NCBI GenBank assembly: GCA_964509165.1
Contig: CAZDWU010000004.1
Coordinates: 6,525-43,657 of the forward strand
Origin: an uncultured Chthonomonas sp.
Lineage (GTDB): Bacteria > Armatimonadota > Fimbriimonadia > Fimbriimonadales > Fimbriimonadaceae
Reading direction: 5' to 3'
DNA length: 37,133 bases
The stretch's first letter is position 1. Each line of letters begins with the position of its first letter. Under the pieces are notes generated by a model. The model did not search any database. It saw nothing but the letters and a program-made list of their open reading frames with translations, and was not told the origin of the DNA. The translations under genes were made by a program, and so were the position numbers. Below, one piece after another: positions 18,028 through 27,933 of the stretch.

Positions 18028-18039
18028 GGAGTCACGCAC

Positions 18040-18594
18040 ATGTCACGAATTGGAATTAAGCCGATCGTCTTCCCGGGCAATGTGACCGTGGAAGTGACGG
18101 ACAATGTGGTCAAGGTCAAGGGTCCGAAGGGCGAGCTTCATCAGAAGGTTGCCGACTCGATCACCGTGGCCGTGGATGGCAACACCGTGACGGTGAGCCG
18201 CCCGGACAACCACCGCCTCAACCGATCTCAGCACGGTCTCACGCGCACCCTCATCGCCAACATGGTGGCCGGGGTGAGCGAAGGTCACGCCAAGTCGCTG
18301 GAAATCCACGGCGTGGGTTACCGCGCGACGCAGGCCGGCAAGGGCCTGACGCTGAGCCTGGGCTACAGCCACCCGGTGAACATTGAACCGGCGGACGGCA
18401 TTGAATACGAACTGGTCGTGGACGACAAGAAGAAGGTCACCACGATTATCGTGAAGGGCATTGACAAGGCCAGGGTTGGCCAAATGGCCGCTGACATTCG
18501 CAAGGCGCGCAAGCCGGACCCGTACAAGGGCAAGGGCGTGCGCTACAAGGGCGAAGTGGTGCGGCTGCGACAAGGTAAGAGGGCGACGAAGTAA
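18040..18594 (+). CDS. rplF: 50S ribosomal protein L6
   Basis: [26 protein letters not shown]. Confidence 0.97.
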   Translation: MSRIGIKPIVFPGNVTVEVTDNVVKVKGPKGELHQKVADSITVAVDGNTVTVSRPDNHRLNRSQHGLTRTLIANMVAGVSEGHAKSLEIHGVGYRATQAGKGLTLSLGYSHPVNIEPADGIEYELVVDDKKKVTTIIVKGIDKARVGQMAADIRKARKPDPYKGKGVRYKGEVVRLRQGKRATK

Positions 18595-18947
18595 TGGCGA
18601 AGACCACAAGATCCGACTCGCGCGTTGCACGTCATGGCCGCGTGCGGAAGAAGGTAACGGGCACCGCCGAACGGCCGCGCCTCTGCGTTTTCCGCAGCAG
18701 CAAGCACATCTACGCGCAAATCATTGACGATACGACCGGTCACACGCTCGCCGCGGCGGGCAGTGTGGAAACGGGCAGTGACAAAGGCACCACGCAAGAC
18801 GGCGCCCTGGCGGTTGGCAAGAAGGTTGCCGAGCGCGCCAAGGCGGCGGGAATCAAGGCGGTCGTTTTCGACCGTGGCGGCTTCCGCTATCAAGGTCGCA
18901 TTGCGAAGGTTGCCGAAGGAGCCCGCGCCGCGGGTTTGGAGTTCTAA
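18594..18947 (+). CDS. rplR: 50S ribosomal protein L18
   Basis: [31 protein letters not shown]. Confidence 0.97.
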   Translation: MAKTTRSDSRVARHGRVRKKVTGTAERPRLCVFRSSKHIYAQIIDDTTGHTLAAAGSVETGSDKGTTQDGALAVGKKVAERAKAAGIKAVVFDRGGFRYQGRIAKVAEGARAAGLEF

Positions 18948-18950
18948 ACC

Positions 18951-19526
18951 ATGGCACGTGGACCTCGTTTGGTTGGGCGTCGAGCCCCCAGTAATCGTAA
19001 TGCCGAAGGGCCGCAACTCGACGTTCGCGTCGTTCGGTCCAACAAGGTGTCCAAGACCAACAAGGGTGGCAAGACGATGTCTTGGTCGATCCTCGTGGTC
19101 GTGGGCGACAACAAGGGCAGCATTGGGCTCGGGCTTGGAAAGGCTCGCAGCATCCCCGATGCCATCCGCAAGGCCGAAGACGCGGCGCGCAAGGACATGT
19201 TCAAGATCGAAATGATCGGCAACACCATCCCGCACGAAGTCAAGGCTCACTATTCCAGCTCGACGGTCGTTCTGCGACCGGCCGCGCCCGGTACCGGGGT
19301 TAAGGCCGGTTCCGCCGTGCGCCAGTGCCTGGAAGCGGCGGGTGTGCACGACGTGCTGGCGAAGTGTCTTGGTAGCCGGAACAACGTGAACGTGGCCTAC
19401 GCCACGGTCAAGGCGTTCAAGGAACTGGCCAAGCCGGAAGCCGCCGCCCAGCGCCGAGGCAAGGACTCCAAGGAATTGGTGCCCTGGCTGGAGCGCGCCC
19501 GAAAGGAAGAGGCTGACCATGCTTAA
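18951..19526 (+). CDS. rpsE: 30S ribosomal protein S5
   Basis: KGG, VVVGD, GKA, TIPH, PA.PGTG; operon position. Confidence 0.96.
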   Translation: MARGPRLVGRRAPSNRNAEGPQLDVRVVRSNKVSKTNKGGKTMSWSILVVVGDNKGSIGLGLGKARSIPDAIRKAEDAARKDMFKIEMIGNTIPHEVKAHYSSSTVVLRPAAPGTGVKAGSAVRQCLEAAGVHDVLAKCLGSRNNVNVAYATVKAFKELAKPEAAAQRRGKDSKELVPWLERARKEEADHA

Positions 19527-19890
19527 GATCACCCTGAAGAAGAGCACCATTGGTGCCGTTCCGAAGAACCTGCGCACCGTGAAGGCCCTGGGCCTGAACA
19601 AGACGGGTCGCTTTGTGTACCAAGAAGACACGCCGGTGATTCGCGGCATGATCCACCAGGTCAAGCACCTGCTGGAAGTCGAAGAAGTGGAAGGCGTGAC
19701 CAAGGTTCGCCGCCGCCGCCGCTTCGGCAAGCTGGAAGGCGCCGCCCCGGCGGCCGAAGCCAAGCCGGCCGCCAAGAAGGAAACGGCCAAGAAGGCTCCC
19801 GCCAAGAAGGAAGCGGCTCCGGCCGAAGCCGAAGCGGAAGCCAAGCCGAAGCGCACTCGCGCTAAGAAATCCGAGGAGGAAGCTAAGTAA
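19519..19890 (+). CDS. rpmD: 50S ribosomal protein L30 with long Ala/Lys/Glu-rich C-terminal tail
   Basis: LKITLKKS.IG..TVKALGL..DTP.IRGMI..VKHLL core; lies between rpsE and rplO. Confidence 0.93.
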   Translation: MLKITLKKSTIGAVPKNLRTVKALGLNKTGRFVYQEDTPVIRGMIHQVKHLLEVEEVEGVTKVRRRRRFGKLEGAAPAAEAKPAAKKETAKKAPAKKEAAPAEAEAEAKPKRTRAKKSEEEAK

Positions 19891-20328
19891 ATGTTGCACG
19901 AAATGAGCCCGAATCCGGGCAGCACCAAGCGCCGACGCCGCGTTGGACGTGGCATTGGCAGCGGTATGGGCAAGACCTGCACGCGTGGCACCAAGGGTCA
20001 GAAGGCTCGCCGACAAATCAGTCCCTGGTTTGAAGGTGGTCAGACCCCGATCCACCGCCGACTTCCGGTAAAGAAGGGCTTCCGCAACGTCAACCACAAG
20101 GAGTACGCGGTTGTCAATCTTGATGACCTCGAGAAGCACTTCGAAAAGGGTGCTGAAGTCACCGCCGAGGCCCTGATGGCCAAGGGTGTGATTGGAGGCA
20201 TGATGGACGGCGTGAAGATCCTGGGCTTTGGCACCCTGAGCAAGAAGCTCAAGGTCAACGCGCACAAGTTCAGTGCCACGGCCAAGGCCGCGATTGAAGC
20301 CGCGGGCGGCGAGGCGGTCACTCTGTGA
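19891..20328 (+). CDS. rplO: 50S ribosomal protein L15
   Basis: [30 protein letters not shown]. Confidence 0.97.
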   Translation: MLHEMSPNPGSTKRRRRVGRGIGSGMGKTCTRGTKGQKARRQISPWFEGGQTPIHRRLPVKKGFRNVNHKEYAVVNLDDLEKHFEKGAEVTAEALMAKGVIGGMMDGVKILGFGTLSKKLKVNAHKFSATAKAAIEAAGGEAVTL

Positions 20329-21677
20329 GCTTGGGGGGCGCGGTTGGGGGGCCAATGGGCGCGCCCGGCGCCCCGCAACGTTCACTCACGGAAACCCTTC
20401 GGCTCGCTTGGGCCGATGAGGACCTAAGAGGACGAATCACCTTCGTCCTCATCATCTTTGCGGTTTACGCGCTCTGTATCCACGTGGTCGTGCCCATTCC
20501 GGGCGTGCAACCGGCCATGTTGGAAAAGCTGGTGCAAGACAACTCGTTCCTCGGCCTGATGAACTCGATCGGGGGCGGGGCGTTCAAGCGTCTCTCCATC
20601 CTGGCCTTGGGCCTTGGCCCTTACATTTCGGCCAGCATCATTCTGCAGGTGCTCACCTACGCCAACCCGGCGTGGAAGATGGAGCTACAAGAAGGAGGCG
20701 AATACGCCCGCAAGCAGCAGAACCGCCGCACGCGCGCCCTGGCCCTGATTCTGGGCGTGTTCCAGTCCATCGGGATCTTCCAGCTCATCGCGCGGCCTCT
20801 GGCCATCACGCCTTCGATTCAGCAATACGTCACGGTGGCCGTCTTCTGGACTGCCGGTTCGTTCTTGTTGCTATGGCTCGGCGAACAAGCCAGCGAAAAA
20901 GGCATTGGCAACGGGGTTTCCTTGCTCATTTTCGCGGGGATCATCATCTCAATGCCCAGCTTGATTGAGCAGATCCAGCGCAACTACGGCGTGCTGGTGC
21001 AATGGTGGCAGTTGGTGATCGTGCTGGCGCTGTTCCTGGCGGTGACGTACTTCGTGGTGCTCTTCACCACGGCGCAGCGGCGCATCCCAGTGCAGCACAT
21101 GCGGCGGAACTTTGGCACTCAATCCAAGGGTGGTGGCACGAGCTACCTGCCGATCTCGGTGAACATGGCGGGCGTGATCCCGGTCATCTTCGCGGTGGCC
21201 TTGATCTACATGCCGTACCAGTTCCAGCAGATGTTCCCGGCCGGCTCGTCCATGCACGATGCCCTCGGCAACATCGGGGCCTTCATGGCACCGGACTTCA
21301 GCCGCTGGCAGGGTTACGTCGGGGCGCTGTTCTACATGCTGTTGATCTTCGGTTTCACCTTTGTGTGGAACGCCATGGTCTACAACGTGGAAGACATTGC
21401 GAACAACCTCAAGCGGGCCGGTTCGTACGTGCCGGGCATTCGTCCGGGCAAGCAGACCAAGGACTTCCTCAACGGCGTCATCACGCGCGTGACCTTTGTG
21501 GGGGCTCTGTTCCTCTCGATTGCTGCGCTGAGCCAGTACGTCTTCCCGCTGTTCGTGAAAATCCCGAGCATTGGCATGATCGGGGGCACCTCGCTCCTCA
21601 TCATGGTGAGCGTGGCGCTGGAAACCATGCGCCAGATTGAAGCCAACCTGATCACCAAGCAATACGGCGGAGGCTAA
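20325..21677 (+). CDS. secY: Preprotein translocase subunit SecY
   Basis: [51 protein letters not shown]. Confidence 0.97.
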   Translation: MSLGGAVGGPMGAPGAPQRSLTETLRLAWADEDLRGRITFVLIIFAVYALCIHVVVPIPGVQPAMLEKLVQDNSFLGLMNSIGGGAFKRLSILALGLGPYISASIILQVLTYANPAWKMELQEGGEYARKQQNRRTRALALILGVFQSIGIFQLIARPLAITPSIQQYVTVAVFWTAGSFLLLWLGEQASEKGIGNGVSLLIFAGIIISMPSLIEQIQRNYGVLVQWWQLVIVLALFLAVTYFVVLFTTAQRRIPVQHMRRNFGTQSKGGGTSYLPISVNMAGVIPVIFAVALIYMPYQFQQMFPAGSSMHDALGNIGAFMAPDFSRWQGYVGALFYMLLIFGFTFVWNAMVYNVEDIANNLKRAGSYVPGIRPGKQTKDFLNGVITRVTFVGALFLSIAALSQYVFPLFVKIPSIGMIGGTSLLIMVSVALETMRQIEANLITKQYGGG

Positions 21678-21683
21678 CCCGGC

Positions 21684-22334
21684 TTGCCGATCCGATTGAT
21701 TTTGATCGGCCCCCCGGGCGTTGGCAAAGGCACCCAAGCCGCTCTCATCGAAGAGCGCTTGGGTGTCCGCACTTTAAGCAGTGGGGTCATTTTCCGCGCA
21801 GAGATTGAGGCCGAAACGGACCTCGGTCAACTCGCCAAGAGTTACATTGATCGCGGCGAACTGGTGCCCAACGGGGTCACCATTCAGATGATGCTGAAGC
21901 GGATCCGCTCGGATGAAGCCCGAAAGAAGGGGTTCGTGCTGGACGGCTTCCCGCGCACCATTCGGCAGGCCGAAGCGCTGGAACTCGAGCTTGCCCAGGC
22001 GGAGATGCCGATCCAGCGGGTGATCTCGCTCGAAGTCTCTGAGGACGTCCTCATCCGCCGTCTTAGCGGCCGGATGGGCTGCACCAAGTGCGGTGCTCTC
22101 TATCATCGCACCAACAAGCCGCCCAAGCGGGATGGCCTGTGTGATGTGTGCAACAGCCCGCTGTTTGTGCGCGCGGACGACCAGCCGGACACCATTCGGC
22201 AGCGCTTGGTGGTGTTCAACGAGCAGACCTCGCCGCTGGTGGAGTTCTACGAGGAGCGCGGCACGTTGCGGCATGTGGATGCCACCCATGAGGCCGAAGA
22301 GGTCTACCGGGAAATCGTAGAGGGACTCTCGTGA
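21684..22334 (+). CDS. adk: Adenylate kinase (four-Cys LID type)
   Basis: GPPGVGKGTQ, GFVLDGFPRT, CTKC..CDVC, RADD; TTG start with GGAGG SD. Confidence 0.96.
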   Translation: MPIRLILIGPPGVGKGTQAALIEERLGVRTLSSGVIFRAEIEAETDLGQLAKSYIDRGELVPNGVTIQMMLKRIRSDEARKKGFVLDGFPRTIRQAEALELELAQAEMPIQRVISLEVSEDVLIRRLSGRMGCTKCGALYHRTNKPPKRDGLCDVCNSPLFVRADDQPDTIRQRLVVFNEQTSPLVEFYEERGTLRHVDATHEAEEVYREIVEGLS

Positions 22335-23095
22335 TTACGATCAAGACGAAGAGCGAACTCGATATCATGCGCGAGGGCGGCCGGATTTTGGCCACCACCA
22401 TGCGAGAGGTCAGCTCGGCCATTCGTCCGGGCCGCACCACGCCCCGCGAGCTCGATGACCTTGCCCTCAAGACCATCCGCGCGCATGGTGCGGAACCCAG
22501 TTTCTTGGGCTACCGGGGCTTCCCCGCCGCCGCGTGCATTAGTGTCAATGAGGTGGTCGTCCACGGGATTCCCGATGACCGCACCCTGCAAGAAGGCGAC
22601 ATCATTGGCCTGGACTTTGGCGTGTTCTACAAGGGCTTCCACACAGATAGTGCGTGGACCTTCCCCGTGGGCGAGATCAGCCGCGAGGCGCAGCGCCTGC
22701 TCAACATCACGCGGGAGTCGCTGTTCCAGGGGATCGCCCAGGCGCGCGAGGGCAACCGGGTGGGCGACATCAGCCAGAAGATTCAGAAGTACGTGGAGGG
22801 TGCGGGCTACAGCATCGTAACCGACCTGGTCGGTCACGGCATTGGCAAGAAACTGCACGAAGAGCCCAGCGTGCCCAACTTCGGCCGGGCCGGGCGTGGA
22901 GAACGCCTGCGCAACGGCATGACGATCTGCATTGAGCCGATGGTGAATGCCGGCCGCCCCGAAGTGGTGACCTTGCCGGATGACTGGACGCTCGTGACGA
23001 AGGACGGTACACTCTCCGCACACTTCGAACACACTGTCGCCATCACGCCGGACGGTCCGGTGCTGCTGACGGCGGACGAAGCCAACCCTCTATAA
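22331..23095 (+). CDS. map: Methionine aminopeptidase type I
   Basis: SVNEVVVHGIP, GHGIG..LHEEP, IEPM, SAHFEHT. Confidence 0.96.
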   Translation: MITIKTKSELDIMREGGRILATTMREVSSAIRPGRTTPRELDDLALKTIRAHGAEPSFLGYRGFPAAACISVNEVVVHGIPDDRTLQEGDIIGLDFGVFYKGFHTDSAWTFPVGEISREAQRLLNITRESLFQGIAQAREGNRVGDISQKIQKYVEGAGYSIVTDLVGHGIGKKLHEEPSVPNFGRAGRGERLRNGMTICIEPMVNAGRPEVVTLPDDWTLVTKDGTLSAHFEHTVAITPDGPVLLTADEANPL

Positions 23096-23098
23096 GCT

Positions 23099-23368
23099 AT
23101 GGCCCGACGACGTCGCCCCTTTACCTACAAGGAGAAAACGGACCCCAACAAGGAATCCGTTATTACCCTTGACGCCAAGATCGTGGAGAATCTCCCGAAT
23201 ACCCAGTTCAAAGTGATGCTGCTGGAGACGGAGAGCGAAATTCTGTGCACGATTAGCGGCAAGATGCGGCGCCACTGGATCCGATTGATGGAAGGCGACC
23301 GTGTGAAAGTTGAAATCACGCCTTACGACCCGGAACGGGGTCGGATCGTTTTCCGCTACAACGACTGA
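23099..23368 (+). CDS. infA: Translation initiation factor IF-1
   Basis: LPN..F.V, ISGKMR..IR...GD.V.VE.TPYD..RGRI.FR. Confidence 0.95.
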   Translation: MARRRRPFTYKEKTDPNKESVITLDAKIVENLPNTQFKVMLLETESEILCTISGKMRRHWIRLMEGDRVKVEITPYDPERGRIVFRYND

Positions 23369-23607
23369 CGTAGGGTCCCGCCGCTGGTGGGACGTTGCGG
23401 CAAAGAATGTGCGGACTTGACCGGGCCGATGGCCCCGCTTTGTCGCCGAAGCCCTAGAGATAGAGGCCCGACGACCGGTATAGTTTGCGTTCGCGTTAGC
23501 TTCCAAGCGAGGCAAATGCGAACGTGATAGAGCCTCGCGCGCCTTTCAGGACGTGGGACGCTATCAAAAAGTCGCCCGGCCTAGCAAAACAGGTCAAGGT
23601 GAGCGCG

Positions 23608-23721
23608 ATGAAAGTTCGAGCAAGTGTAAAGAAAATTTGCGAAAAGTGCAAGGTGATCAAGCGGGCGGGTGTCGTCCGGGTGATCTGTGAAAACCCCAAG
23701 CACAAGCAACGACAAGGCTAA
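23608..23721 (+). CDS. rpmJ: 50S ribosomal protein L36 (Zn-binding)
   Basis: [37 protein letters not shown]. Confidence 0.97.
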   Translation: MKVRASVKKICEKCKVIKRAGVVRVICENPKHKQRQG

Positions 23722-23748
23722 AGGAAGAAACCAAGGAATTAGAGAAAG

Positions 23749-24126
23749 ATGGCGCGTATTGCTGGTGTAGACCTCCCGCGAGACAAGGCTGTTTATTACA
23801 GCATTCAGAGCATTTTTGGCGTTGGCCCGAAGGTGGCGACCGAGATCTTGGAAAAGACCGGTATTGATCCTCGGACCAAGGTTCGCGACCTTTCGGATGA
23901 CCAGATTGGTGCCATCCGTCAAACCCTGGACGACAACTACCAGGTGGAAGGGGACCTGCGCCGCGAAATCTTCTCGAACATTCGACGACTGATCGAAATC
24001 GGTAGCTACCGTGGCCTGCGCCATCGCCGCGGCTTGCCGACGCGCGGTCAGAACACTCGCCGCAACGCCCGCACTCGCAAGGGTAAGGCCAAGACCGTTG
24101 CCGGCAAGAAGAAGGCCAAGAAGTAA
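23749..24126 (+). CDS. rpsM: 30S ribosomal protein S13
   Basis: [32 protein letters not shown]. Confidence 0.97.
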   Translation: MARIAGVDLPRDKAVYYSIQSIFGVGPKVATEILEKTGIDPRTKVRDLSDDQIGAIRQTLDDNYQVEGDLRREIFSNIRRLIEIGSYRGLRHRRGLPTRGQNTRRNARTRKGKAKTVAGKKKAKK

Positions 24127-24135
24127 GGACGAACC

Positions 24136-24528
24136 ATGGCACGCAAGACCACAACCCGAGGCAAGCAGAAGGAGCGACGTCAGGTCGCCCACGGCCGAGC
24201 CTACGTTCACGCCACTTTCAACAACACCATCGTGTCTATCACCGACCCGCAGGGCAACGTGCTCTGCTGGGCCAGTGCCGGCCACGTGGGCTTCAAGGGC
24301 AGCCGCAAGGGCACCCCGTTTGCCGCTCAGCTCAGCGCCGAAAGCTGCTGCAAGAAGGCCAAGGAGCACGGCATGGCTTCGGTCGATGTCTACATCTCCG
24401 GCCCGGGTAGCGGTCGCGAAACGGCCATCCGCAGCCTGAATGCGAACGGCTTGGAAGTCAAGACGATCCGCGACATCACGCCGCTGCCGCACAACGGTTG
24501 CCGCCCGCCCAAGAAGCGCCGCGTCTAA
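24136..24528 (+). CDS. rpsK: 30S ribosomal protein S11
   Basis: [37 protein letters not shown]. Confidence 0.97.
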   Translation: MARKTTTRGKQKERRQVAHGRAYVHATFNNTIVSITDPQGNVLCWASAGHVGFKGSRKGTPFAAQLSAESCCKKAKEHGMASVDVYISGPGSGRETAIRSLNANGLEVKTIRDITPLPHNGCRPPKKRRV

Positions 24529-24553
24529 GCCCTCTCACCTCTCCTCGAATCTC

Positions 24554-25540
24554 ATGCCTCACATTCAAGTTCTCGATACCACCGAAAACTACGCTCGCTT
24601 TGTGCTGGAGCCGCTGGAACGCGGTTACGGCCAAACGATCGGCAACGCGCTGCGCCGGGTGCTGCTTAGCTCCATCCCGGGGGCGGCCGTGGCTGCCATC
24701 AAGATCGATCGGGTTTTCCACGAGTTTGGGACGATCCCCGGAGCGAAGGAAGACGTCACCGAACTGATCCTGAACTTGCGCGAACTGGCCATTGCCGTTG
24801 ACCCCGACCACGAGGACGATGAACTCGTGCTGAAGGTGGACGTGCAGGGTCCGGGCCGTGTGACGGGTGCCGACATCGTTTGCCCGGAAGGCGTCGAGAT
24901 CCGCAACCCCGAGTACTGCCTCCTCACCCTCAGTGATGAGAACGAGCGGTTCACGGCTGAATTCTTTGTGGAAACCGGCGTGGGCTACGTGCTCCCCACG
25001 GCGCAAGAGAAGTACCGCGGCGTGATTGGCCTGATCCCGATGGGCAGCCAGTACACCCCGGTGACCAAGGCCAACTACATCGTGGAATCCACCCGCGTGG
25101 GCAACCGCACGGACTACGAGCGCCTGGTGCTCGAAGTGTGGACCAACGGCAGCGTGGCGCCGAACGACGCCCTCACGCAAGCCGCCCACATCCTGGACAA
25201 GTACTTCCGTATGTTCTTCGAACTGGGCCGCGTCGGCCTGGGTCGCCCGGAAGTCGACAACGACGCCCAGGAAGATGAACTGATCAACGTGCCCGATATG
25301 AGCATCGATGATCTGGACTTCAGCCAACGCACTTTTAACTGTCTCCGCCGCGCAGGCATCATGACTCTGCGGCAACTCGCGATCAGCAATGAAGGCGAAC
25401 TCACCAGCATTCGCGGCTTCGGTAAGAAGTCGCTGAACGAAGTGCGAGAGCGCCTCAGTCAGCACGGAGTGGATTTGAAGCCGGCTCGCGGCTCCTTTGC
25501 CTCCATTGACCTGTTGGACGACGACGACGACGATCTGTAA
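24554..25540 (+). CDS. rpoA: DNA-directed RNA polymerase subunit alpha
   Basis: EPLERGYG.T.GNALRRVLLSSIPG, alpha-CTD R..NCL.RAGI..GKKSL.E; start at ATG 24554. Confidence 0.96.
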   Translation: MPHIQVLDTTENYARFVLEPLERGYGQTIGNALRRVLLSSIPGAAVAAIKIDRVFHEFGTIPGAKEDVTELILNLRELAIAVDPDHEDDELVLKVDVQGPGRVTGADIVCPEGVEIRNPEYCLLTLSDENERFTAEFFVETGVGYVLPTAQEKYRGVIGLIPMGSQYTPVTKANYIVESTRVGNRTDYERLVLEVWTNGSVAPNDALTQAAHILDKYFRMFFELGRVGLGRPEVDNDAQEDELINVPDMSIDDLDFSQRTFNCLRRAGIMTLRQLAISNEGELTSIRGFGKKSLNEVRERLSQHGVDLKPARGSFASIDLLDDDDDDL

Positions 25541-25549
25541 GGAACGAAC

Positions 25550-25999
25550 ATGCGACATAAAGTTGACCGACGAAAGCTTGGATTACCCAGCGACCAGCGC
25601 CGAGCCCTTCTCAATAACCTGGTGCGCCAGCTCATCCGCCACGGATATGTGCACACCACCCTGGGCCGCGCCAAGGAACTGCGCCGTCTGGCGGATCGCA
25701 TGATCACGCTGGGCAAGGCCGATACCCTCGCGTCGCGCCGCATGGCCCGACGGGTTCTGGTGGGCCACAGCGGGAGCACCAACTACAACAAGAACATCCT
25801 GGCCGGGAAGACCGACACCGAGAAGATGACGATCCTGAAGGAACGCAGCCTCATCAACGGTGAAGACCTGGTGCAGCACCTGTTTGACAACGTGGCGCCG
25901 CGTTTCCGCGACCGCAAGGGTGGCTACACCCGTGTGGTGCGAACCGGGGTGCGACGTGGTGATGCGGCGGAAACCGCCGTCGTCGAGCTTGTCGACTAA
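25550..25999 (+). CDS. rplQ: 50S ribosomal protein L17 (with internal insertion)
   Basis: MRH....KLG, TT..RAKE.R, R.GGYTR, RRGD.A. Confidence 0.96.
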   Translation: MRHKVDRRKLGLPSDQRRALLNNLVRQLIRHGYVHTTLGRAKELRRLADRMITLGKADTLASRRMARRVLVGHSGSTNYNKNILAGKTDTEKMTILKERSLINGEDLVQHLFDNVAPRFRDRKGGYTRVVRTGVRRGDAAETAVVELVD

Positions 26000-26813
26000 A
26001 GTTCACCGCATCAAATTCGTCGTTGCGTACGATGGCTCAGACTTTCGAGGATGGGCCTCACAGGACGGAGAACGCACCGTCCACGGCATATTGACATCCG
26101 CTGTACGCCAGGTCACTGGCGAGGAAAACCAACTGTGGGGCGCGAGCCGCACGGACGCCGGCGCGCACGCCAAGGGGCAGGTTTGCCACTTTGACACCGC
26201 CACCGCGATGCCCATTGAAAAATGGCCGCGTGTGATGACGAAAGCGCTGCCGAACGACGTGGTGGTGCTGAAGGCGACCCAGGTGGCCGATGACTTTCAT
26301 AGCCGCTTCTGGGCGAAGCATCGGCATTACCAGTACCGGATCATGACCGGAGTCCGCGATCCGCACCGCGCGCGATACGCCTACTGGAGCCCCGGGGCTC
26401 TGGACTTCGACCGCATGCAAGCCGCCGCCGCTCATTTTGTCGGCACCCACGATTTCCTCGCTTTTAGTAGCCAATCGGTCCCCCGCCAAACCAACCGGGT
26501 GCGCACGCTCTACTCCGTAGAGATGACGCAAGTCCGGGATGAAATCCGGCTGGACGTGGTTGGCACGGCCTTTGTGAGAGGAATGATGCGACGCATCGCC
26601 GGCGCGCTCTGGGAAGTGGGGCGCGGAGCCCGGACCCCCGAGTCCATCCCCGAACTCTTGCAAACCAAGCGGAAAGAAAGAATTGTGTGGCCGACCGTCC
26701 TCCCGGCGGCGGGCCTCACACTAATACGAGTTGAATACGGGCGACACCCCCGACCCCAAGTGGGGCCAGGAAGTGAAGCCCACCGACAAAAAGAACAAGG
26801 ACAAGACGAATGA
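25989..26813 (+). CDS. truA: tRNA pseudouridine(38-40) synthase
   Basis: YDGS.F.GW, SRTDAGAHA, GTHDF.AF, F..GM.R; probable TTG start overlapping the rplQ end. Confidence 0.93.
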   Translation: MSTKVHRIKFVVAYDGSDFRGWASQDGERTVHGILTSAVRQVTGEENQLWGASRTDAGAHAKGQVCHFDTATAMPIEKWPRVMTKALPNDVVVLKATQVADDFHSRFWAKHRHYQYRIMTGVRDPHRARYAYWSPGALDFDRMQAAAAHFVGTHDFLAFSSQSVPRQTNRVRTLYSVEMTQVRDEIRLDVVGTAFVRGMMRRIAGALWEVGRGARTPESIPELLQTKRKERIVWPTVLPAAGLTLIRVEYGRHPRPQVGPGSEAHRQKEQGQDE

Positions 26814-27244
26814 ATCGAACGTATGTGGCCAAGCCCAGCACGATCGAGCGCAAGTGGCACATTGTGGATGCTACGGGCGTTCCGGTCGGGCGTCTTGCCG
26901 CGCAGGTCGCCCAGGTGATCCGCGGGAAGCACAAACCCACCTTTACCTACCACATGGACTGTGGTGACTTTGTGATCGTGATCAACGCCGACAAGGCAGT
27001 GTGGACCGGTCGCAAGGAAGAAGAACTGATCTACTGGCACACGATGTATCCGGGCGGGATCCGCAACATCAGCCGTGGCGACATGATGGAGCGCACCCCG
27101 GCTCGCATGATCGAAAAGGTCGTGTGGGGGATGCTGCCCAAGCACCGCCTGGGCCGCGCCACCATCAAGAAGCTCAAAGTTTACGCTGGCTCCGAGCACC
27201 CGCACGAAGCCCAGAACCCGACCCCGCTCAAGGTGACCAAGTAA
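26810..27244 (+). CDS. rplM: 50S ribosomal protein L13
   Basis: W..VDA...GRLA, GKHKP, DCGD.VIVINA, GMLPK, HPHEAQ. Confidence 0.97.
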   Translation: MNRTYVAKPSTIERKWHIVDATGVPVGRLAAQVAQVIRGKHKPTFTYHMDCGDFVIVINADKAVWTGRKEEELIYWHTMYPGGIRNISRGDMMERTPARMIEKVVWGMLPKHRLGRATIKKLKVYAGSEHPHEAQNPTPLKVTK

Positions 27245-27247
27245 GAC

Positions 27248-27649
27248 ATGGCTACGAAAACTTCGGATCGAAACTACGGCACGGGCCGACGCAAGTGCGC
27301 CATCGCCCGCGTCTGGATCACGCCGGGTGAAGGCCTGATCACGGTCAACGGCCGCGACTACAAGGAGTACTTCGGTCGTCCGGTGCTCGAAATCCTGGCC
27401 CGCAGCCCGCTGACCGCTCTGGACATGGAAGGCCGCTTCAACGTGGTCGCCAAGGTCAAGGGTGGCGGCCTCAGTGGTCAAGCCGGGGCCGTCAAGCTCG
27501 GTGTGGCGCGTGCGCTCATCGAATACGATACGGAACTCCGCCCGCCGCTGAAGCGCGAAGGCTATCTCACCCGAGATGCCCGCATTAAGGAACGCAAGAA
27601 GTACGGCCGCAAGAAGGCTCGCCGCGGCTTCCAGTTCGTTAAGCGCTGA
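27248..27649 (+). CDS. rpsI: 30S ribosomal protein S9
   Basis: GTGRRK, GGG.SGQAGA, LTRD.R.KERKKYG..KAR..QF.KR. Confidence 0.97.
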   Translation: MATKTSDRNYGTGRRKCAIARVWITPGEGLITVNGRDYKEYFGRPVLEILARSPLTALDMEGRFNVVAKVKGGGLSGQAGAVKLGVARALIEYDTELRPPLKREGYLTRDARIKERKKYGRKKARRGFQFVKR

Positions 27650-27672
27650 GAAACCCTTCTCGTCTTGTTCAA

Positions 27673-27712
27673 GCGCCCCGGAGCAGCATTGGCTGCCCGG
27701 GGCGCGTTCTGT
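27673..27712. terminator. Hairpin between convergent rpsI and the small RHH-like gene (likely terminator)
   Basis: GCGCCCCGG-A-GCAGC-ATTG-GCTGC-CCGGGGCGC, followed by TTCTGTT on the plus strand. Confidence 0.7.
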
Positions 27713-27933
27713 TATTCGGTGGCCTTGGTCTCGGCTTTGGGGCTGGGAGCGTTCACCACCCCTAACCTCTCGCCGAGGCCCGGAAACTCCACCAGCGTGG
27801 CCACATAGCGGTGCGCAAAGTGCGCACTCACCACCCGCCGGATGGTTTCCTCCACCGATTCGTGACTTCGCTTCGCTTCGGCCACGAGCCTCTTCCATGT
27901 GGGTGAATCCCACTCGATCTCATTCGATAACAT
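27712..27933 (-). CDS. Small hypothetical protein, possibly ribbon-helix-helix (CopG-like)
   Basis: Purine-rich SD-like region (GGAGATGAGGGAGG) before ATG; strand-helix-turn-helix pattern EIEW-DSPTWKRLVAEAKRS-SVEETIRRVV. Confidence 0.55.
   Translation of the reverse strand: MLSNEIEWDSPTWKRLVAEAKRSHESVEETIRRVVSAHFAHRYVATLVEFPGLGERLGVVNAPSPKAETKATE

Noticed and set aside
19740-19860. Short repeated GCCAAGAAG/GCCGAAGC units as a DNA repeat or CRISPR
   Set aside because: They are codons of the low-complexity L30 tail; no repeat-spacer periodicity and no cas genes
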